64,000 nucleotides of DNA from a virus, in IMG/VR virus record IMGVR_UViG_3300023210_000015, positions 32,001 to 96,000 of that record. One strand, written 5' to 3'. Made by a program: the position numbers and the translations under genes. Of this stretch, positions 45,317 to 54,717 are shown piece after piece. Position 1 is the first letter of the stretch. Each line of letters starts with the position of its first letter. A model generated the notes under the pieces. That model was not told the DNA's origin. It ran no database searches and was given only the letters and a program-made list of their open reading frames with translations.

Positions 45317-45372
45317 CAACATATCTTTATCTTTTGTCCTCTTAAGCCGAATATATATGTGAAAGCAGAAAG

Positions 45373-46794
45373 ATGAAATTCATTAATACCAGCAAAAACA
45401 CTGTCTATTTAGATGATATAGATAGAGACATCCCATTCTTAGAAGATATGTCTCCACAGTTTATCTCTTTGCAAGATGCGAAAAAATCTGCTGGATTTAG
45501 AAAGCTTGTTAAGTTAAATTATTTTGAGATTACACAACATAATAATTCTTTATTTGAAAGAAATCTTGTTAAAACGCAAAAGAAAGGCAAAGAGATGTTA
45601 AAACTCATTCCCAAAGAGAAGAAGAACGAAATCACTCAAAAAGACAAGACAGAAACGAGTAAAGATCAAATAGAAGTAAGACTGAGAGGTAATTTTTATG
45701 AACTAGGGGGCTACGCAAAAGTCAATAGAAATTTAGCATTCATGTTACACAACTCAGGATGTAAAGTGCATATAGACCCAGTTAATAAGAAATCAAATCA
45801 ATTATGTGAAGATGAATTAAGGGCATTATCACAGATCAATAGTGAAGTTAGCAAAAACGCAATTGTAATCGAAAGTGTGATTCCGACATTCAGTGATGCA
45901 GTGTGCGGTAAATATAGGATACTATATACCACAATAGAAGCGTATACAGTTCCTCAACAGTTTCTAGAGATAGCCAGAACGTACAGAGAAATATGGGTAA
46001 CATCTGACTTCTGTAAAAAAGTGTTAGAGGATCATAACTTGGATAGGCCAATTTATGTTGTGCCTGATTCTATAGATACTGATTTGTATACGGCAGAACA
46101 CAACGAATATGAGTTTAAACCCAAATTAAATGATTTTGTTTTTCTGAGCGTATTTGGGTGGAGTTACAGAAAAGGTTATGACACACTGTTGAAGGCATAT
46201 CTGTCTGAGTTTAGTGGGGATGATGATGTTTCGCTATTGATCGTTAGTAGGAATCATCTTGGAATGGGTAAAGACGAAGTAATTAAAGAAACAATAGAAA
46301 AATTTATTAATGAGTATGGTGGTGATAATCCGCCACATATCGCTCGTTGTAGCAAAATGATACCAGAATCTATGATGCCAAGTATTTATGCTGCATGTGA
46401 TGCTTTCGTTTTGTTCTCACGGGGAGAAGGGTTCGGTCTTCCGTTTTGTGAGAGTTCATTGTGTGGATTGCCAGTTATAGCAAGTGATTGTTCTGGTCAA
46501 TCAATGTTTTTGAAGAAAAACAACTCTTGCTTAATTGATGTGGATGAAATAGCAGAGATGCAAGCTGGTAGAATGCAAGTACATTATTGGGATGGGCAAA
46601 AATTCCCGATGTTAAATAGTGAAAAAACCATTGAACAGGCAAAGAAGGCTATGCGATACGTATATTACAATTATGATGCGGCAAGTGATAAAAATGACAT
46701 ACTGAGAGACTATATTGCCGACAATTATAGTATGAAGGCCGTTGCGAAAGTTGTTAATGCACGGTTATCAGAGATTTGGAGAAAAATATCATGA
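45373..46794 (+). CDS. GT4-family glycosyltransferase
   Basis: GGYAKVNR, FLSVFGWSYRKG.D.L, DAFVLFSRGEGFGLPFCE..GLPVIA. Confidence 0.9.
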   Translation: MKFINTSKNTVYLDDIDRDIPFLEDMSPQFISLQDAKKSAGFRKLVKLNYFEITQHNNSLFERNLVKTQKKGKEMLKLIPKEKKNEITQKDKTETSKDQIEVRLRGNFYELGGYAKVNRNLAFMLHNSGCKVHIDPVNKKSNQLCEDELRALSQINSEVSKNAIVIESVIPTFSDAVCGKYRILYTTIEAYTVPQQFLEIARTYREIWVTSDFCKKVLEDHNLDRPIYVVPDSIDTDLYTAEHNEYEFKPKLNDFVFLSVFGWSYRKGYDTLLKAYLSEFSGDDDVSLLIVSRNHLGMGKDEVIKETIEKFINEYGGDNPPHIARCSKMIPESMMPSIYAACDAFVLFSRGEGFGLPFCESSLCGLPVIASDCSGQSMFLKKNNSCLIDVDEIAEMQAGRMQVHYWDGQKFPMLNSEKTIEQAKKAMRYVYYNYDAASDKNDILRDYIADNYSMKAVAKVVNARLSEIWRKIS

Positions 46795-47525
46795 TAGTGT
46801 TGCTAGATACAGAACGTTTATTGATTAAAATATATTCTGATTCAGGTTTACAAACATTAGCTTTTGATCAAGCGGACGCTTTGAAAGAAATGACAAAGCG
46901 TGGAGAAAAAATTCTATATGTAACGAATGGTATAGCGACTACGGCAGATCAGGTAGTCGATACTGTTGCGTCTTTTATGGAAGGTCGCGCTGCTAATATG
47001 AGGCAATCTAATGAGCCATTGTTTTTGCGAAGTACATTGCCAGGATCAATGAATATCCCCGGAATTTATAACGTATGTTCTAAAAAGAGAGAAGATTTAA
47101 TCTTTAATAATCCTTTTGATGCCAAAGCAATTGAGGAAGTATTTAGAGATTACGGCAAAGATGTGTTTAAGAAAAATAGAACTATGCGTTCTTTGCTCAA
47201 AAAAGGCAAATTGCAAATTATCGCCGAAAGCGAATTAGAGGATATGGAAGCTCGATACAAAAGAGGAGATTTGAAAATATCCATGAGTCGTGCAGATCAG
47301 CTCAAACACCTTAAAACGATGACAAAAGAAGAGGCAGAAAACTCTTCAGCTTTGGAAGGAGATGTTAAGGCTGGTGGGCCTATCAGCGTACCAAGACAGG
47401 GTGATATGGGATCACACGAAAGAAGCATGGTTGGTGAAGGCGGTATGGATATAGATCGAGATGTTATGAGCGGAAAAACATTAGATAATTTTGTTGATAC
47501 ATTAGTAGATAGATATGTACAATAA
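46791..47525 (+). CDS. Hypothetical protein
   Basis: ATGA overlap with the GT4 gene. Confidence 0.6.
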   Translation: MIVLLDTERLLIKIYSDSGLQTLAFDQADALKEMTKRGEKILYVTNGIATTADQVVDTVASFMEGRAANMRQSNEPLFLRSTLPGSMNIPGIYNVCSKKREDLIFNNPFDAKAIEEVFRDYGKDVFKKNRTMRSLLKKGKLQIIAESELEDMEARYKRGDLKISMSRADQLKHLKTMTKEEAENSSALEGDVKAGGPISVPRQGDMGSHERSMVGEGGMDIDRDVMSGKTLDNFVDTLVDRYVQ

Positions 47526-48259
47526 TGAAAATATTACTTATACATTTAGGGACTCAAAGCGAATGTTTTATCGCCACAAGTTTAATCAAGGGTCTTAAAA
47601 AGGCATATAATGATGCGGATATTTATTGTGTTGTTAAAAATACAGAAACAGAATCTATTTTCAAATACAATAAAAATATCAAAAAGACATATACAATTAA
47701 AAATGTTCCAGTAGAGTTCACAAGAATGCATTTTGACAAAGTGATTAACTTACATCCTGATTTTTCTACTGAAGAACATTTTGACCCCAAAAGCACAGAA
47801 AAACTAGGTTTTGATTTTGGTGAGGGTACGGCAAAGATATATGGTTTTTTATATGAACGCAAAAAGACTAATAAAAACATATTCCAATTGTATTATAGAT
47901 TAGCTGGGCTAAAGTGGCGAGGCGAAGGATATAGTTTTTCATATTATCCTAAAGCAAGAACAAAAAAATATACGACTGGAATTGCCGTTGTAAATGCTAA
48001 TTTGAAAAGTTATGTTGTAGACAAACTGAAATTAGATTTGTCGAAAATATGGAATATTCCATATAAGAAAAATATACACAAAAAGTTAGACGAGATCAAC
48101 AGATGCCCGTCTATTGTGACTGATGATTTTTTCACATTGAACTTGGCACTGTATTTAAGGAAAAATGTTTACTTTCTTGAAACAGCACCTATTAATATGC
48201 AAATAGAGTTGTTTGGAAGTGGTAAAATATTCAAAGTTCCACTTGAAATTGTTAGATAA
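47525..48259 (+). CDS. GT9 (heptosyltransferase)-like protein, divergent
   Basis: MKILLIHLG..ATSLIKGLKK.Y.DADI..FDKVINLH..IVTDD..LNLALYL.K. Confidence 0.6.
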   Translation: MKILLIHLGTQSECFIATSLIKGLKKAYNDADIYCVVKNTETESIFKYNKNIKKTYTIKNVPVEFTRMHFDKVINLHPDFSTEEHFDPKSTEKLGFDFGEGTAKIYGFLYERKKTNKNIFQLYYRLAGLKWRGEGYSFSYYPKARTKKYTTGIAVVNANLKSYVVDKLKLDLSKIWNIPYKKNIHKKLDEINRCPSIVTDDFFTLNLALYLRKNVYFLETAPINMQIELFGSGKIFKVPLEIVR

Positions 48260-48263
48260 TTTT

Positions 48264-49040
48264 ATGTCAATTAATATATTCTCTATAGATAAAAAAGATA
48301 CCGTAAAAGCCGTTAAACGCCCTGTAAGCTATCAGCCTAGTGTGTTCGGAGCAGAAGACGTTTTTACGGGAAAAGGCGTCCAGGTGGCAATTGTGGGGAC
48401 TGGATTGCCCATATATCATGGGTTTAACACCATTTCAGAGTTTGAGGTCGCCATCGAAGAAGCAGACACCCCAAATGACGAATTAGGGGCTACTACAGCC
48501 ATCGCAGGGCTTATCGCAGCGAATGGGAAACAAGACTTAAAGGGTATTGCTCCATCTACGAAAATATTGTGCGTTAAGTCATTTTATAAAGATTATTCCA
48601 GTGATGTTTCAACTATTGCGGCATCTATTCTGTGGGCGATAGTCAAAAAGGTAGATATCCTTGTTCTGCCGTTTGAATTCGATACAAATAACCAATTGAT
48701 AAAAGATTCTCTTAAAAAAGCGTATAGAAATAACATAATCATTTTGACTCTTCCCACGAATAAAGCCAAAAGATGTCAAGAAGTGATATCTGTTGATACC
48801 CACTTTAAAAAGGGCTGTTTTGGAGAATTAAGGGGAGTTAAAAACATTTCAGTAAGTTGTTCTACTAGGCGAAAACTTTCTGCTTATGATGTAGAGGGTT
48901 TCGTAAGAATGGACAACAATATCGCTGCTTTGTCTTTAATCGCAGGATTAGTGTCCACATTGGTCGAAAAGAGCAAAAAAGAAGGATCAAGAGATGCTCG
49001 TCAATTCGTTATGAAAGAACTTCGAAATTTATCTAAATAA
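48264..49040 (+). CDS. Subtilisin (S8)-fold protein lacking the catalytic triad
   Basis: TGKGVQVAIVGTG, GATTAIAGLIAA..GIAP, AALSLIAGL. Confidence 0.75.
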   Translation: MSINIFSIDKKDTVKAVKRPVSYQPSVFGAEDVFTGKGVQVAIVGTGLPIYHGFNTISEFEVAIEEADTPNDELGATTAIAGLIAANGKQDLKGIAPSTKILCVKSFYKDYSSDVSTIAASILWAIVKKVDILVLPFEFDTNNQLIKDSLKKAYRNNIIILTLPTNKAKRCQEVISVDTHFKKGCFGELRGVKNISVSCSTRRKLSAYDVEGFVRMDNNIAALSLIAGLVSTLVEKSKKEGSRDARQFVMKELRNLSK

Positions 49041-49104
49041 ACGGCAAGGAAAATGCCATTATCTTTTGAATATTAAAAAGGTGGTTTATTAAAGGATTCA
49101 TTCT

Positions 49105-50106
49105 ATGGCAATAAGCGCAATAGCAGATTTTCAAGGAACATGGGTACAAGGTACATCTAGCTCTCTATTAATCCGAATCACGGATTTTGAAGGTTTTCCT
49201 ATCGATCCAGAAGATATTGTTGTATCTATAGACACGGCTGGCGGTACAGCAGTATTGACAAATGTAATTCCTGAAAAAGTGGAAATCGGTTTCTACGTTT
49301 ATGAGTGGGAAATTCCTGCAAATCAAATTGTTGGTCAATATGATGTAACATGGGAATTCACCACAGAAGATGGTCCACAAACTGAACTACAAGAGATTGT
49401 TGTTGTAGCTGATGGAGAAAATTCTGATATCTATAGTGGTAGACCTGGCGATTTATTGCGTAATCTAGAATATAGAATCGCATGTGCCCAAAACATACCA
49501 GTTTATTACGAACAGTGCAAACCTTCTCAAGACAAAAGAACCTACTACTGCACTTTTCCAAGATGGAATCAAACTCCTGGAATTCGCGTATATCGTAATA
49601 AGACGAATATGATGACTACAGATGATATGGGAGTTGACTATTCTAATGGTAGAATCGTGTTTAATGAAACACTGACTCAATATGACGAAGTGTATGTGGA
49701 CTATAATTTTAGATGGTTTACGGGAGAAGAATTGAATCAGTTTCTCAGAGATGCTGTGGGAGAATTAAATCTATATCCAGGTGTTACGGATTACAATCTC
49801 AATTCGTTCCCGGATAGATGGACAAAGGCTATCGTCCTGTCTGCTGCTGTAGATGCGTTAAGAAAAATCATGCTTTGTTTGAACTTCCAACAGCCTGCAC
49901 AGGTATTCGGCGGAACAGAAGCTGCCGGTGAAAAATTCTCTAATTTTGACACGCTAAAGAAAAACTATGAAGAAGAAGTAACAAAAATGCTAGAGCAGAA
50001 AAAGTATGGCCCATACCCAAGAACTAATGCTATCGTTGTGCCTGAATATACCCTACCTGGTGGACGCTCGCGTTGGTTTCGTTACCTCTTTTCCTCAGGT
50101 GTCTAA
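49105..50106 (+). CDS. Probable head-completion/neck protein with an Ig-like N-terminus
   Basis: GFYVYEW..GQYDVTW; VDYSNGRIVF..VYVDYNFRWFT.EEL..F; late-type promoter motif upstream. Confidence 0.55.
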   Translation: MAISAIADFQGTWVQGTSSSLLIRITDFEGFPIDPEDIVVSIDTAGGTAVLTNVIPEKVEIGFYVYEWEIPANQIVGQYDVTWEFTTEDGPQTELQEIVVVADGENSDIYSGRPGDLLRNLEYRIACAQNIPVYYEQCKPSQDKRTYYCTFPRWNQTPGIRVYRNKTNMMTTDDMGVDYSNGRIVFNETLTQYDEVYVDYNFRWFTGEELNQFLRDAVGELNLYPGVTDYNLNSFPDRWTKAIVLSAAVDALRKIMLCLNFQQPAQVFGGTEAAGEKFSNFDTLKKNYEEEVTKMLEQKKYGPYPRTNAIVVPEYTLPGGRSRWFRYLFSSGV

Positions 50107-50163
50107 AAATACATCGCTTATGGCTCGGAAACTGCCATTTCCATCATCTCATATAACTATCAC

Positions 50164-50191
50164 TAAAGTTTTTCTCTACTCGTACCGATAA
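50164..50191 (+). promoter_or_regulatory. sigma28-like promoter
   Basis: TAAAGTTT-N12-ACCGATAA. Confidence 0.5.
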
Positions 50192-50232
50192 CATATATAT
50201 ATAGGGACTATAATGTAATCAAAGGAGAAAAT

Positions 50233-52359
50233 ATGCCAGCGAAAGGACAAAAATTATCAGAACAAAGTGTCACTTTAATGAAGGACAATAAAAGAAAACG
50301 TTTATTAAATCAATATAAATGGGATTTAGTTAAACCTTATTTGGATATAAATCTTTCTTTATCTTCTAGGGGGCGTAAGCGTCATTTTATTACATTGAGA
50401 CAATTTAAAGAATACATTGAAAGCGGACTAAGTATAAGAGAAATACAAAAATTAACATCTAAAAATCTCGTTTCGTTTTATAGCATATTATGCCAAGGAA
50501 AAATTGACCTTAGTAAAAATGAATTTATACAACAATATGAAAGTGGAAAACCTCTCGAAGAAATAGCGGAAGATAATAAGATTAGCAAAGATTATATCGG
50601 GTATTTAAGACAGTTATATCGAATCAAATCTAAAGGGGCGAAGTTTATTCGCCGCAAAGAAACTGAAACACCGTTAACACAGAGACAAATTGAAATATTA
50701 TATGGCTCTATGCTAGGTGATGCCCAACGCTTAGGTGGAGCGGGTGTCCTTTTTCGACAAGGAGGGGAACAAAAAGATTACTTATTGTGGAAATATAAAG
50801 AATTTGAGAGCGTTGCTTCTCCTGATTCTTTAAAATCAACACATTCTATTGATTTTAGGTCGGAAACAGAAATAACATCTTGGTCATTTTATACTTTTGC
50901 TAATACGGATATCGAAAAATGTATTTCATCATTTTATCAAGTTGATCCTAATGATTCCTCGAAAAAAGTGAAAGAAGTTTCTCGTGACATTTTAAATCAA
51001 CTGACTCCATTATCGCTGTCCGTTTGGTTTATGGACGATGGGCAGACAGACTTCCAACACAGATCGATTGTGAAGGGGAACAATAGTAACCCGACTTGTA
51101 ATATATGTACTGATTCTTTTTCTAAAAAAAGTTGTGAAAATATAAAAGAATGGTTTAAAGAAAAGTTTGATATTGATGTCAATATCAAAGATCATCCTTT
51201 AAAATATAGAATGGGATATCGAATACGCATGAATGCCAAGAATACAAAGCAATTCATAGATTTAATTTCTCCACATATATTGCCCATGTTTCAGTATAAA
51301 ACTGATTATGAGTCATATAAAAATAAAAGATTAGAATTGCAAAAACAAGAAATAGATTATGGGAAAATCATGAAGTGTCCATTAGGTGTTGATTTCAAAA
51401 TGCTTACTGCGAAAGAACAAAGCGGATACATTGAAAACCTTGTTGTATCATTTTACAAAGGTGGTTTTAATGCTTTGATGGATGACCCAAAAACTATACA
51501 AAATCATATGAATGCTGTTTTAAAGGTGAACCCGAATAATTTAATTAAAGATGATTTTATTTCGTTTTCAAATGTTGGCAATCGATTTTTAATGGCTCAT
51601 TTTCCGAACTATTGGGATGCCAAGGCGAAGGGGAATAAGTCACCAAGAGAAATTTTTGAAAACAAGAAATATTTATCAGAAATTATACGTAAAATAATCA
51701 CAAATGGAACTTTTCCAAATAAAAAAGAAATATTAAAGTCGTTGAAACGATATCGTGGGAATAAGGCCGCCAGTGGATTTATGCCCTGTGTTGCCAAATC
51801 AATATATCATAAATATTGTGATAAAAATTCAAAAGTTATTGATTTTTGCGCTGGGTATGGAGGTAGATTGTTCGGTGCATTTGCTTGTGAAAAGGTGTTT
51901 TCTTATACTGGTATAGAAATTAATTTTAAAACATATTATGGTTTACACGATCTGTACAAAACATTGAGAGAAAAATCGGGTGAAAGCAAAGAAATGAGTC
52001 TTCTTAATCAGGATAGTATTATTGGTATGAAACAATTTAAAGATAATACTTTTGATTTCTGTTTTACTTCTCCTCCCTATTTTGATGCAGAAGAATATGA
52101 AGATAGTCAATTGCAAAGTTCTCAAAAGTATGATACATATGGAGAGTGGTTTGAAGAATATCTAATTAAATGCGTTCAAGAGGCAACGAGAATTTCTAGA
52201 AAAGTAGCAATTGATATTGCTAATACTGGTGGATACCAGATCGCTGACGATCTTGAAAGGTGGTTAAATAAAAATAATTATAATTTTTCACAGGACCAAA
52301 TTAGGATGCCAAGATATGATGGCAAATTTAGATTTGAACCAATTTTTGTCATCGAATAA
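50233..52359 (+). CDS. LAGLIDADG endonuclease fused to an amino-DNA-methyltransferase
   Basis: ILYGSMLGDA and LSVWFMDDG; C-terminal IDFCAGYGGR and FTSPPYF. Confidence 0.82.
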   Translation: MPAKGQKLSEQSVTLMKDNKRKRLLNQYKWDLVKPYLDINLSLSSRGRKRHFITLRQFKEYIESGLSIREIQKLTSKNLVSFYSILCQGKIDLSKNEFIQQYESGKPLEEIAEDNKISKDYIGYLRQLYRIKSKGAKFIRRKETETPLTQRQIEILYGSMLGDAQRLGGAGVLFRQGGEQKDYLLWKYKEFESVASPDSLKSTHSIDFRSETEITSWSFYTFANTDIEKCISSFYQVDPNDSSKKVKEVSRDILNQLTPLSLSVWFMDDGQTDFQHRSIVKGNNSNPTCNICTDSFSKKSCENIKEWFKEKFDIDVNIKDHPLKYRMGYRIRMNAKNTKQFIDLISPHILPMFQYKTDYESYKNKRLELQKQEIDYGKIMKCPLGVDFKMLTAKEQSGYIENLVVSFYKGGFNALMDDPKTIQNHMNAVLKVNPNNLIKDDFISFSNVGNRFLMAHFPNYWDAKAKGNKSPREIFENKKYLSEIIRKIITNGTFPNKKEILKSLKRYRGNKAASGFMPCVAKSIYHKYCDKNSKVIDFCAGYGGRLFGAFACEKVFSYTGIEINFKTYYGLHDLYKTLREKSGESKEMSLLNQDSIIGMKQFKDNTFDFCFTSPPYFDAEEYEDSQLQSSQKYDTYGEWFEEYLIKCVQEATRISRKVAIDIANTGGYQIADDLERWLNKNNYNFSQDQIRMPRYDGKFRFEPIFVIE

Positions 52360-52416
52360 TCTACTTGGTGAAACCTTATATGTTAGAATGTATGAAATAT
52401 AAGATTGGAGAATAAA

Positions 52417-52788
52417 ATGCCACTTATTATAACCGCATGGTGTACTAATTGTAAAAAAGCCGCTGCTGGTACGCTTCAATACGTACAATATTGGCTTGAA
52501 GAAGACGGCTCAAAAACACATCTTTCTCATCCGTTTGAAGGTTTTATTTTATATGATAAATGGAAGGAAGAATACAAAGAAAAAGGCATAACATTTAACG
52601 AAATGGAAAAAGAACGCTCAGGTTGTGCAACGGCATTTTGGGACACAGAAAACAAATGTTTAATTTATATTGATGAAGATCGAGAAGAAAAACCGGATAA
52701 CGCTGTTAATGTTTGTAGCGATGAAGCTGTCGTTATTTGTAAAGACTGCGGAGAAAAAACAAGTTTTGCTCCATTTGCAATGTCATAG
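52417..52788 (+). CDS. Hypothetical protein with two CxxC motifs
   Basis: CTNC and CKDC; GGAG RBS; TG-T-TAGAAT extended -10 at 52381-52389. Confidence 0.65.
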   Translation: MPLIITAWCTNCKKAAAGTLQYVQYWLEEDGSKTHLSHPFEGFILYDKWKEEYKEKGITFNEMEKERSGCATAFWDTENKCLIYIDEDREEKPDNAVNVCSDEAVVICKDCGEKTSFAPFAMS

Positions 52789-52797
52789 GATAATAAT

Positions 52798-53094
52798 ATG
52801 GAAATAGAAGAAGTCAGAAAACAAATATGCAAAGCGATGTTGGAAGATATCGATAAAGAGTGGAAAAACATTGAAGAAGAGTTTGAAGAAAGCTGTATGA
52901 AACACTTTTTATCATGGGTTCTGTTGTCGCATGGCGAACAAGTCAAAGAAGAGTGCAAAAAAATATTTGCAAAAAATATTAGTCCAAAATTGCCTTTACT
53001 TGAAGTTCTATCTCAAGCATTGGACACGGTATACGAAACAGATTTAGAAGAAGCGGCAGAGGCAGCGAGAATGCCTTTTGACGATAGAGAATAG
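52798..53094 (+). CDS. Small protein resembling MCP fragments
   Basis: EEVRKQICKAMLEDID versus MCP DEGRVALAQAIVEPIR; LSQALDTVYETDL versus LNTAYRLIEQHDL. Confidence 0.55.
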   Translation: MEIEEVRKQICKAMLEDIDKEWKNIEEEFEESCMKHFLSWVLLSHGEQVKEECKKIFAKNISPKLPLLEVLSQALDTVYETDLEEAAEAARMPFDDRE

Positions 53095-53104
53095 GGAGAA
53101 TAAA

Positions 53105-53503
53105 ATGGAATATGATTTTAGTTGGATGAAAGAAAAAAATCTACCTGATGGTAGTTATCGTGTAGACGGAGAATACCTAGAACCTAGAGAAATAGAAGCT
53201 AAAGCGATTTCAACGATGACTCAATATGTTGATGATGCTAACCGATATTATATGAGCAAAGTCGAAAATGATGGACCTGATGTGTGGTTATGGTGGTCGT
53301 ATTGTCGATCTTTAGACAGCGAAATTAATCCTAGATTATCTCACTTCATGGTTTGGGGAACAAACCTAAAAACTTTTGGCAAACATGATGTAATGCCGAA
53401 AAAAGCATTATTTGTATTCGCCGGTTATGATACCATGTTCAGAGACATGTGTACTAAGGAGACTCTCGATGAATGGGAAGAGAAAATCAAAGAAAATGAC
53501 TGA
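53105..53503 (+). CDS. Small protein resembling an internally deleted MCP
   Basis: LPDGS versus LPQGA; EAKAISTMTQYVD versus QIKAKEAIQKEED; W..MPKKALFVFAGYDT versus W..MDTDTVLVVASPDT. Confidence 0.6.
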   Translation: MEYDFSWMKEKNLPDGSYRVDGEYLEPREIEAKAISTMTQYVDDANRYYMSKVENDGPDVWLWWSYCRSLDSEINPRLSHFMVWGTNLKTFGKHDVMPKKALFVFAGYDTMFRDMCTKETLDEWEEKIKEND

Positions 53504-53789
53504 AGAAGAGAAAAACAAAAAAATACTTGAAATTTTAAGTACAGAAGAGGGAAGATCGGCACTAGCTAAAGCCATGTGGGAACCGGCTCGTTGTGGCGGC
53601 ATGGCATACGCCAATGACGGAAAAGCATTTATTCGATTTGGCGGTTATTGGTATGATTATGAAAAATGGAAACAACAGTATAATAATAACAGACATCAAA
53701 TACCAGTTGAATGGATGAAAGAGTATTGTGAAACAAATGAACACAAAAATAATTCTGAAGATTTTGTGGTAGGAGAAAATAGTGGATAA
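53496..53789 (+). CDS. Small protein carrying an MCP N-terminal helix copy
   Basis: MTEEEKNKKILEILSTEEGRSALAKAMWEPAR versus MCP LTNEDKLAVIEAALNTDEGRVALAQAIVEPIR. Confidence 0.8.
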   Translation: MTEEEKNKKILEILSTEEGRSALAKAMWEPARCGGMAYANDGKAFIRFGGYWYDYEKWKQQYNNNRHQIPVEWMKEYCETNEHKNNSEDFVVGENSG

Positions 53790-54015
53790 ATACAAAATAA
53801 AAGAACCCAATTGGTTTCAAGACAAGAATACCGGTGCGACAACATGCTTGGCTATGTCAGTAAATCCAGAAACCAACAGAATTTATGTGGTGGTTAGCAC
53901 CGAAATACCTCTTATGCGTTTAGAAGAAATCGATGAATCTGTAAAATTGGAAGTGAGTAAACAATTAGCAGAAACAGCAGAATTTATTATGCAAAATAAA
54001 AAAGATATTTATTAA
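53782..54015 (+). CDS. Small protein resembling the middle segment of the MCP
   Basis: VSTEIPLMRLEEI..V..EFI versus MCP PTFEIAAHPTVRLSEI..V..EAI. Confidence 0.55.
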   Translation: MDKYKIKEPNWFQDKNTGATTCLAMSVNPETNRIYVVVSTEIPLMRLEEIDESVKLEVSKQLAETAEFIMQNKKDIY

Positions 54016-54019
54016 AAAA

Positions 54020-54199
54020 GTGACACCAGAAGAATTTAAAATAGAGTGGCAGAAGATGATGGAAGAAAACGCGAAGTGGCGTAGGGAAACAATGGTTCCC
54101 ATATATCAAGCGCAAATAATTTCAGCTTGCATGGAGAGTGACATCGGAAGAAAAGCGTTATCACAAGCAGTAGCAAAAAGATTATTGGGAGAAAAATAG
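54020..54199 (+). CDS. 59-aa ORF with an MCP N-terminal helix copy (not in the ORF track)
   Basis: GTG start; IISACMESDIGRKALSQAV versus MCP VIEAALNTDEGRVALAQAI. Confidence 0.65.
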   Translation: MTPEEFKIEWQKMMEENAKWRRETMVPIYQAQIISACMESDIGRKALSQAVAKRLLGEK

Positions 54200-54308
54200 T
54201 GTATAAATTCAAAAGGAAATATATCTTTCTTCTATAATATAAAGACATGGAAACTTATAACATTCACAACCTTGATTCCCTCTAGTTATTAACTAGAGGA
54301 GAATTAAT

Positions 54309-54683
54309 ATGAGCGGTTATTTCAGACACCCTAAAACCCTTAACGAGAAAAAAGCAAATCAAGATTGGCCAGTGCGCGGAAGAAGAATGTCCAAAAGGCT
54401 TCCACATTTTTGGGACGATATTTGGAACCGCACCACCCGCTGCTGGAAGAAAACTCGAAAAACACAGTATAGAGTCAAATCTGTCAAACCCAAAAAAGAT
54501 AGCACCAGATACGGCAAATCGATGGCAAAACGAGATCATTTTTACAAAGAACACAAAGCGTGTCGCTATGAAAGACGCAGATGCACATATTGCATTAAAC
54601 ATGGTTGTTGGGACGAATATGACAAATATATTGAACGTCATTATAGAAGGATTCTGGCAGAGCAACCAAACAATTATTTCTAA
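54309..54683 (+). CDS. Basic hypothetical protein
   Basis: GAGGAG RBS; YFRHPKT..LPHFWDD..CWK..RKTQY. Confidence 0.7.
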   Translation: MSGYFRHPKTLNEKKANQDWPVRGRRMSKRLPHFWDDIWNRTTRCWKKTRKTQYRVKSVKPKKDSTRYGKSMAKRDHFYKEHKACRYERRRCTYCIKHGCWDEYDKYIERHYRRILAEQPNNYF

Positions 54684-54717
54684 AGGAATTCGTTTAACTA
54701 TTTTCGAATAATTAAGT

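Noticed and set aside
50233-52359. LAGLIDADG domain as part of an intein in the methyltransferase
   Set aside because: No Cys/Ser/Ala block A and no HN/GN terminus flanks the domain.
52417-52788. Sixth member of the MCP-mimic array
   Set aside because: I could not align any segment to the MCP; it looks like an unrelated CxxC protein.
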